From the IMG/VR virus record IMGVR_UViG_3300028887_000098: a stretch of DNA of 64,000 nucleotides; one strand, 5' to 3'. The stretch comes from a virus (lineage: Duplodnaviria; Heunggongvirae; Uroviricota; Caudoviricetes). The notes under the pieces are model-generated. The model saw only the letters and a list, made by a program, of their open reading frames with translations. It made no database searches and was not told where the DNA came from. Position 1 is the stretch's first letter; each line of letters opens with the position of its first letter. This document shows, in pieces, positions 57,818 through 64,000 of the stretch. The translations under genes and the position numbers were made by a program.

Positions 57818-59299
57818 ATGGTTGATATTGTAATTGAAAAATCTAACGAATCTTTTGCTCAGCTACATTGTGATGAAGAAATAAATCATGAAATAAATAA
57901 CCTTTTTTCGGCTTTTGCTCCAGGTTATAGATTTAATCCAAGATATGTAAATCACCTCTGGGATGGAAAAACCAGAGTTTATTCTCCTATTACACAGTTG
58001 CTTCCAATTGGGTTAGTTTCTAACCTTATGAAGTGGTGTGATACTAAGAGATATACGTATAAAATGGATTTTTTCGGTGATTTTACAGAAGAAATTGATA
58101 AAGATGAATTAAGAGAAACTATTAATGGATATGTAAAAAAATTCGATGTAAGAGAATATCAGTTCAAGGCAGTTTATGAAGCTTTGACCAATAAGAAAGG
58201 TATTTTGCTTTCTTGTACTGGTTCTGGTAAATCTTTGATGATTTATTGCATTTTCAGATATTTGCTTGAAAAAAAGAAATTGAAGCATTTATTGCTTATT
58301 GTTCCTAATACATCGCTCGTAGAACAGATGTATACCGATTTTATTGATTACGGTTGGGATAATATTGAAGATTCTGTTGAATTATTGTATTCTGGTAAGA
58401 AACCAACTTATAGATTACCAGTTTTGATTTCCACTTGGCAAAGTTTACAAACTCAAGATAAGAGTTTCTTTGATAAGTATAATTGCGTTCTTGTTGACGA
58501 ATGCCAACAGAGTAAAGCAAATGTTCTTTCGAAAATTTTGAAAGCTTCATTCAATGCAGAATATAAGATAGGAACTACCGGTACTTTACCTAAGGAATTA
58601 TCTGACCAGTTGATTATTAATTCTGTTATTGGTAACGTTATTTTTGAATTGAAATCCTCTCAACTTATTGATGAAGGATATTTGGCTAAAATGTCTGTCG
58701 CTGGTATTTTCTTAAAATATCCAAATGAATTTATTGAAGAAAATAAGAACAGAATATATCAAGAAGAAGTAAAGATGGTCGAAGAATATGAACATAGACA
58801 TGATGTTCTTAAGTTTATTATTGACCATTCAAAACCATCTGATAATATGCTTATTTTAGTAACACATAAAGCACATTTGCAATCCACACTTGAATATTTG
58901 AAGAAATTATATCCTGATAGAAATATATCTGAAATTAGTGGTAATGTTAAGACAAAGACTAGAGAAAATATTAGAACTGGTATTGAAAATGAAGAAGGCG
59001 CAATAATTGTTGCAACTTATAAAACAATGGCAGCAGGTGTTAATATTCCGAAATTACACAGTGTTGTTCTTTATTCTAATAGTAAGTCTAGAATTCAAGT
59101 TTTACAGTCTATTGGTAGAGGATTAAGACTTCATAAGAGTAAAAATAAGGTCATTATTTATGATATTATTGATGATTTAAGCTATAAAACAAGAACTGGA
59201 AAAACTAAGAAAAACTATTGTATGCAGCATTATGATGAAAGATTGGAGTTTTATAAAGAACAAAATTTCCCAGTAATTACGATAAATCGTGAAATTTAA
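57818..59299 (+). CDS. uvsW: UvsW-like SF2 DNA helicase
   Basis: N-terminus ...FSAFAPGYRFNPRYVNHLWDGKTRVY aligns with T4 UvsW FSFEADGYRFNPRFRYGNWDGRIRLL. Walker A is SCTGSGKS, DEAH-like box is VDECQ, and motif VI region is QSIGRGLR. Confidence 0.85.
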   Translation: MVDIVIEKSNESFAQLHCDEEINHEINNLFSAFAPGYRFNPRYVNHLWDGKTRVYSPITQLLPIGLVSNLMKWCDTKRYTYKMDFFGDFTEEIDKDELRETINGYVKKFDVREYQFKAVYEALTNKKGILLSCTGSGKSLMIYCIFRYLLEKKKLKHLLLIVPNTSLVEQMYTDFIDYGWDNIEDSVELLYSGKKPTYRLPVLISTWQSLQTQDKSFFDKYNCVLVDECQQSKANVLSKILKASFNAEYKIGTTGTLPKELSDQLIINSVIGNVIFELKSSQLIDEGYLAKMSVAGIFLKYPNEFIEENKNRIYQEEVKMVEEYEHRHDVLKFIIDHSKPSDNMLILVTHKAHLQSTLEYLKKLYPDRNISEISGNVKTKTRENIRTGIENEEGAIIVATYKTMAAGVNIPKLHSVVLYSNSKSRIQVLQSIGRGLRLHKSKNKVIIYDIIDDLSYKTRTGKTKKNYCMQHYDERLEFYKEQNFPVITINREI

Positions 59300-59346
59300 A
59301 TATAAATATTTTACACAAACGTATAAACAATAGTGAGGAATAAAAA

Positions 59347-59997
59347 ATGAACTACCTATATATTAGTATTCTAACAATTGCCGTATTTATTATTATCGGC
59401 TTGGGAATCAAACTAGCAGTAACAAAGCACACAATCAAGAAAAGGCAAGAATTGGCTACAAAGCATAAGCAACTTCTTGAAAAGCGTGACCATGATATTA
59501 TGGAAGATACAGCTAAGATTCTTGAAAAGTTCCCTCCTGCAAATGGTCCAGAACCTATTAAGGAACCAGATTATGATAACCAGTATTCTACTGAAAATAC
59601 AGAAGAATTGGTTATTGCAGAAAAGGATGAACTTACAGAACTTTCTGAAAAGCTTGATGAAGTCGATACTCATGGTAATGTTATTACAGAACAATCAGAA
59701 AAGTTGGGTATTATTGCAGCAAAAGCAGTTCCTGCTAAGTCAGCAATCACAATCGTAACTGAAGACATGTTTGCTGATAAGGAAAACGTCGATAATGAAC
59801 AGTTAGAGACACTTGGTAAAGCAGTCGCAGCACTTGAACCTAAGAAGACTAAGACTAAGACTAAGAAGACAACAAAGAAAACTAAGAAGAAATCTGTAAA
59901 GAAGACTTCTAAGAAGGCAACAAAGAAAACTGAAGTTAAGGTTGTCGAAGAAAAGCCAAAGCGTAAATACACTAAGAAAGCAAAGGTAACTGAATAA
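59347..59997 (+). CDS. membrane-anchored protein with Lys-rich (histone H1-like) C-terminal tail
   Basis: N-terminal TM helix YISILTIAVFIIIGLGI, acidic middle, and C-terminus KKTKTKTKKTTKKTKKKSVKKTSKKATKK. Confidence 0.4.
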   Translation: MNYLYISILTIAVFIIIGLGIKLAVTKHTIKKRQELATKHKQLLEKRDHDIMEDTAKILEKFPPANGPEPIKEPDYDNQYSTENTEELVIAEKDELTELSEKLDEVDTHGNVITEQSEKLGIIAAKAVPAKSAITIVTEDMFADKENVDNEQLETLGKAVAALEPKKTKTKTKKTTKKTKKKSVKKTSKKATKKTEVKVVEEKPKRKYTKKAKVTE

Positions 59998-60398
59998 TGA
60001 GTGATATGGTATGTGATATTTGTGGTAAAGAATTTAACTCGACTCGACAGCGTGGGAGTCATTATTGGAATCTTCACAAGATTAAGTATTCTGAATATGC
60101 AAATCAAACTTCCGCTGACATTAATAATGTAATTGATGAAATGAATAAGCCAGATGTTGCAGTCCAGCAACCACAGGTTATTCAAGAATCTAAGGCAGTA
60201 AAGCCTGCAGAAGCATTGTTCCAGCCGACTCAGATTACAGAGGCTAAGGAATTTGTCAATGAAGCTCCAGCAGCAATTATTGACCGAAGTCTTATGAAGG
60301 AAGCTGAACGTAGAGATACTGATTTTGTTCAGACTGTCAGAAATCCGTATAAGGATTTGTATAATGACGGTGGTCAGGTTCTTAATGAATGGCTTTAA
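59997..60398 (+). CDS. C2H2 zinc-finger protein
   Basis: CDICGKEFNSTRQRGSHYWNLH near the N-terminus. ATGA overlap with the upstream gene. Confidence 0.4.
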   Translation: MSDMVCDICGKEFNSTRQRGSHYWNLHKIKYSEYANQTSADINNVIDEMNKPDVAVQQPQVIQESKAVKPAEALFQPTQITEAKEFVNEAPAAIIDRSLMKEAERRDTDFVQTVRNPYKDLYNDGGQVLNEWL

Positions 60399-60420
60399 AA
60401 ATTAGATAAAAAATACAAAT

Positions 60421-60458
60421 AAATGTTTCCGATTGTAAAAAATTGGAAACATTTTTCT
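60421..60458 (+). terminator. rho-independent terminator
   Basis: GTTTCC-gattgtaaaaaatt-GGAAAC followed by ATTTTTCT. Confidence 0.5.
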
Positions 60459-60473
60459 ATATTTACTAATGTT

Positions 60474-60481
60474 TATAAATA
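60474..60481 (+). promoter_or_regulatory. TATAAATA box upstream of uvsX
   Basis: Exact box 49 nt upstream of 60530. Confidence 0.35.
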
Positions 60482-60529
60482 TAAGAATCCAGAGGACTAA
60501 TTGTTGTCCGAGGATAATTAGAGGATAAA

Positions 60530-61711
60530 ATGGCAAAAAATAAATTATTAGCGAAGTTAAAGAAAGATAAGGCGTTGGTTGATTTGCTCAGAACTGAACA
60601 AGTTAAACCTGAGTGGATTTCAACAAACTGTATTTCTGTAAATTTGCTTTTGTCTGGTAAGATTCAGGGTGGTATTAAGAAAGGTTCAATTTCTATGATT
60701 GCAGCTGAATCTTCTTGGGGTAAGTCTATGATTGGTTATGCTGTTCTTAAAGCTGCACAGGCCGCTGGAATGGATTGCTTTATTATAGATACTGAAAACT
60801 CCGTTAACTATCAGGTTCTTGAAGGTCTCGGTATCGATATGACTGAAGTTGGTGTTTTTGGACCAGATAACAGAATTCCACAGATTAAGAAAGCACTTGC
60901 TAGAATGTCTGATGGGCTTAGTAAGGCAGAAGCACGTAATGTTTTCCTTCTTTTTGACTCTTGGGGCCCGATTGTTGAAAATCAGGTATTGGATAAAGCT
61001 AAGGAAGCAAGTGACGCAGTTAACATGTCCGCTGCTAAGTTTAAGAACGAACTTGCAAACATTCTTTTGAGCTGCGGCTTTACAACACTCGTCATGAACC
61101 ACGTTTACGATTCTATGAGCCAGTATGATGACCCGTTCAAGATTCCAGGCGGTAAGAGAATTATCTTCAACTCCGATGCTATTATGTGCGGTGAATCTGT
61201 TAAGAAGGACAGAGATAAGGATAAGAACATTCTTGGTAAGATTATTACTGCTTCTGTTAAGAAAGGTAGAGGCGCTAAGGAATTCGTCAAGACTAAGTAT
61301 CTTATTCAGCATCAGGGTGGTATCAATCCATATTACGGTTTGCTTGATGAAGCTGAAGAATGTGGTGTTGTCGTAAGACAGTCCAGACCATCGCTTAAGT
61401 TCTACAGACCAGATTATGACGTTGATAAGGAAACTGGTGAAGTTACAAAGTGGTGGAAAGAAACTGAACTTTATTGCCCAGCATTCTGGATTCCGCTTTA
61501 CAAGAATGAAGTTTTCAGACATTATGTCGAAACTAAGTTTGCATTCGAAGATCAGGTCATGATTACAACAAGCCAGGATGTTATGGCAATGATGAACAGT
61601 GACATTGAAGATTACAGTGCTTACAGTGTTCCAACAATGCCAGACGATGGTGAAGAAGATAATCCTGATGCAGATATTTCTGATGTTTCACCAGATGATG
61701 ATGAAGAATAA
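60530..61711 (+). CDS. uvsX: UvsX recombinase (RecA family)
   Basis: Multiple blocks match T4 UvsX: GGINPYYGLLDEAEECGVVV against GGIDPYSGLLDMALELGFVV; LYCPAFWIPLYKNEVFRHYVE against CTTFWGPLFKHQPFRDAIK; Walker A AESSWGKS against GPSKSFKS; acidic C-terminal tail. Confidence 0.9.
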   Translation: MAKNKLLAKLKKDKALVDLLRTEQVKPEWISTNCISVNLLLSGKIQGGIKKGSISMIAAESSWGKSMIGYAVLKAAQAAGMDCFIIDTENSVNYQVLEGLGIDMTEVGVFGPDNRIPQIKKALARMSDGLSKAEARNVFLLFDSWGPIVENQVLDKAKEASDAVNMSAAKFKNELANILLSCGFTTLVMNHVYDSMSQYDDPFKIPGGKRIIFNSDAIMCGESVKKDRDKDKNILGKIITASVKKGRGAKEFVKTKYLIQHQGGINPYYGLLDEAEECGVVVRQSRPSLKFYRPDYDVDKETGEVTKWWKETELYCPAFWIPLYKNEVFRHYVETKFAFEDQVMITTSQDVMAMMNSDIEDYSAYSVPTMPDDGEEDNPDADISDVSPDDDEE

Positions 61712-61731
61712 GAAAAAATCTAAATAAAAAT

Positions 61732-61762
61732 TAAAGGTAACTGCTATCAGTTACCTTTTTTC
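61732..61762 (+). terminator. rho-independent terminator
   Basis: AGGTAACTG-ctat-CAGTTACCTTTTTT, then CTATATTTGC. Confidence 0.6.
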
Positions 61763-61822
61763 TATATTTGCATAAAAATAGTTACGGTTATCCTGGTATA
61801 TATAAGGATAAAGGTAAAAAAT

Positions 61823-63202
61823 ATGACAGAAATCGAATTTGAACAAATAATTATTAAAACAATCTATGCAAATCCTGAAGTTTCTGGTAAGATAATTCCA
61901 GAACTTGATACTGGTTGGTTTACAAATGTAGACCACAAATATATCGTTAATGCCATTTTGGACTATAATTCTAAATTTTCTGCTGTTCCTAATGCAGTTG
62001 AAGTTAAAAGACTTTTATCTGACCAGAGAACAGTAGATGAATTTGAAAAGTGCATGGCAATTAATGACGGTGATGTCAATACTCCATATATTCTTGATGA
62101 AATTCAAAATTTCATTAGAAAACGTCTCGGTAGAAAAGTATGTATGGATTATAATGAATATTGCACTACAGGTAAGTCTAAAGGCAGTTTTGCTGATGAA
62201 ATGGCTTATGCTGAGACATTTACGTTTGATACAAAGGTTGGTTTTTCATTCTTTGAAGAACCAGAAGTAATCTTTAACGATATTATTACGAATGAAAGAT
62301 TATATCCAACAGGCTGTAGGTCTATTGATGAAATGATTGGTGGTGGTTTACATCCAAAGTCTATTTCGTTGATTATGGCACCGACTAACGTTGGTAAAAC
62401 TTTGTTTATGTGTTCTATTACATCGGCTTTGTTATTGGCTGGTTTAAGAGTTCTTTATGTTTCATTTGAAGACTCAGAAGTTAAAATTGGCCAGAGAATT
62501 ATGCAAAACCTGTTTGATATTAATCAGACAGAACTTAGAGCATTATCTAAGGACGCATATAAGAAGCTTTGGATGAAGAATACACAACAAATTGGCCATA
62601 ACAAGCTTGTTATTAAAGAATATTCTGAAGGCTGTATTAATGCACTTGCATTGAAGGCATTGATTAGAGAACTTAGAGAAAAACGTGGTTTCATTCCTGA
62701 TGTATTGGTTATTGACTATATCGGATGTATGATTCCTAATGGCAGACCGAATGCAAATGAAAACGATAACTCCAAGTTAAGAGAAATTTGCGCTCAGGTT
62801 AGAAGTATCGGTATGGAAATGGATATTCCAGTTCTTTCTGCAGCACAGTCTAACAGAGGTGGTTATAGCAAGGGTGAAATTGGACTTGATGACGCAGCTG
62901 ATTCTTTCGGTCAGACAATGAAGGCAGACGTTATTTTCGGTGTTACACAGTCGCCAGAACTCAAGGAAGGAAATATGTATTTGGTCAAGCTTTTGAAGAC
63001 CAGATATGGCCAACCAAAATGTCCATTAGCAACAATCGGTGTCGATATTGGTAAACAACGTATTTTTGACTTAAAGACATTCAATCATACAGCTGTTCCA
63101 ACTCAGGGTGCTAATATATTCAATCAATCACAAGAACAACAGTCTGTTTCTGCTTCAAATATTGAGGTAACTCAGAATAACTTAAACTCTTTTGAATTCT
63201 AA
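61823..63202 (+). CDS. DnaB-family replicative helicase (T4 gp41-like)
   Basis: Walker A APTNVGKT, followed by YVSFEDSEVKIGQRI (compare T4 YISMEMAEEVCAKRI) and VIDYIGCM (T4 IVDYLGIC). Length and N-terminal domain match gp41. Confidence 0.85.
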   Translation: MTEIEFEQIIIKTIYANPEVSGKIIPELDTGWFTNVDHKYIVNAILDYNSKFSAVPNAVEVKRLLSDQRTVDEFEKCMAINDGDVNTPYILDEIQNFIRKRLGRKVCMDYNEYCTTGKSKGSFADEMAYAETFTFDTKVGFSFFEEPEVIFNDIITNERLYPTGCRSIDEMIGGGLHPKSISLIMAPTNVGKTLFMCSITSALLLAGLRVLYVSFEDSEVKIGQRIMQNLFDINQTELRALSKDAYKKLWMKNTQQIGHNKLVIKEYSEGCINALALKALIRELREKRGFIPDVLVIDYIGCMIPNGRPNANENDNSKLREICAQVRSIGMEMDIPVLSAAQSNRGGYSKGEIGLDDAADSFGQTMKADVIFGVTQSPELKEGNMYLVKLLKTRYGQPKCPLATIGVDIGKQRIFDLKTFNHTAVPTQGANIFNQSQEQQSVSASNIEVTQNNLNSFEF

Positions 63203-63214
63203 TAAAGGTAGATT

Positions 63215-63595
63215 ATGGTAAACGTATCAGACTTATCAGTAAATGAAGAAGTAACAGAATCTGAGAGTAAAGAATCATTTTACAAGCGTCTTAAGGATGC
63301 AGGTATTGATTTTGACGATATTGATTCTGATGCAAGATTACCAAAATATATGATTAAGGTAATCAAGAACGAACCTAAGGAATATAATAAGTTCAATAAT
63401 ATCCTTTATAAGCTTAATAAAGACAAGATTATTACAATCGTCGATTCCATGGCTTATTTAGTCGATGACTGGTTAGAACCGAATGTTTTAATTAAATGTT
63501 TGGACGAAATGAACTATTATTCCCTTATGAACGGGTTAAAGAAAAAATATTTAATAGATAGAAGTTCATCTGATTTAGAAAATTTCTTTGTCTAA
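63215..63595 (+). CDS. hypothetical protein
   Basis: 126-aa ORF downstream of the helicase, with SD. Confidence 0.3.
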   Translation: MVNVSDLSVNEEVTESESKESFYKRLKDAGIDFDDIDSDARLPKYMIKVIKNEPKEYNKFNNILYKLNKDKIITIVDSMAYLVDDWLEPNVLIKCLDEMNYYSLMNGLKKKYLIDRSSSDLENFFV

Positions 63596-63596
63596 T

Positions 63597-64000
63597 ATGA
63601 TTGATAAATATCAAATTTATATGCTGTATAAGACCGTTAAGAAGATGTGGAATGCAAAACGGTTCAATACAGCAGTTTTTAACGATTTTTTTGATAATAC
63701 TTTAGAGGAATATCTTATTTCTCAGTATATACATGAAAGTCCTAGAGTAGAATATATGGCAAATTACGGAATTAAGCTCGTAAACGAGATTAATTGTGGA
63801 TTAATCGATGCAGAACATTGGTTAATGTATGTCATGATGAAATGTCTTTGTGACAAAAAATGTCCCGAAATTGCCGAAATAAATTCTATAAATAAATTAA
63901 AGGACAACATGATTTTCAAAAAACGTCCTATTATAGATTCTCAAATCAAGCTTATTCAGAGTTTAATTGCTGAGAAAGGTTCTGGTTTGAATGAATTTAT
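63597..64000 (+). CDS. hypothetical protein, partial (runs off window end)
   Basis: Open frame from the ATG at 63597 (MIDKYQIYMLYKTVKKMWNAKRF...) with no stop before the window end. Contains CLCDKKCP. Confidence 0.3.
   Translation, partial: MIDKYQIYMLYKTVKKMWNAKRFNTAVFNDFFDNTLEEYLISQYIHESPRVEYMANYGIKLVNEINCGLIDAEHWLMYVMMKCLCDKKCPEIAEINSINKLKDNMIFKKRPIIDSQIKLIQSLIAEKGSGLNEF

Noticed and set aside
60686-61522. 278-aa ORF antisense to uvsX
   Set aside because: Entirely contained in the conserved UvsX frame on the opposite strand. Antisense long ORFs are expected by chance in this composition, and there is no SD site.

Overview
AT-rich 64 kb window from a T4-like (Tevenvirinae-style) myovirus genome. 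Genes are densely packed on both strands, almost all start with Shine-Dalgarno sites, and there are many rho-independent terminators and T4-type late-promoter boxes (TATAAATA). Recognisable morphogenesis module: baseplate J/gp6-like wedge, portal (gp20), tail tube (gp19), tail sheath (gp18), scaffold, gp23-like major capsid protein, prohead protease (gp21-like), putative baseplate hub, gp5-like central spike without lysozyme domain, gp25-like wedge protein, a 588-aa membrane-helix protein the size of T4 gp29, and very large fibre-like proteins. The large terminase (gp17-like) is present only as its N-terminal ATPase half. It ends in a 35-residue intein N-fragment (CLTGDHKITV...) followed by a stop codon, which looks like an atypically split TerL intein; the C-terminal half is not in the window. 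Directly downstream is an accessory island (two glycosyltransferases, an SPFH/prohibitin lipoprotein, a 1183-aa fibre with YadA-head-like repeats) bounded by a 440-bp ORF-free GC-richer region. After that come DNA-metabolism genes: SWIM-finger protein, DHH/DHHA1 phosphoesterase, UvsW, UvsX, gp41 helicase. At the 5' end are a RuvC-like resolvase and a partial HAD hydrolase. Other notable items: a family of 3 (perhaps 4) proteins sharing an amphipathic 'EAxKxVxExGY+' motif with poly-Lys/Cys-rich bodies (candidate packaged internal proteins); one of these copies the capsid protein's predicted maturation-cleavage region; a nucleoside-deoxyribosyltransferase-like::metallophosphoesterase fusion; a Dps-like protein; zinc-finger proteins. 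No CRISPR array, rRNA or convincing tRNA was found.
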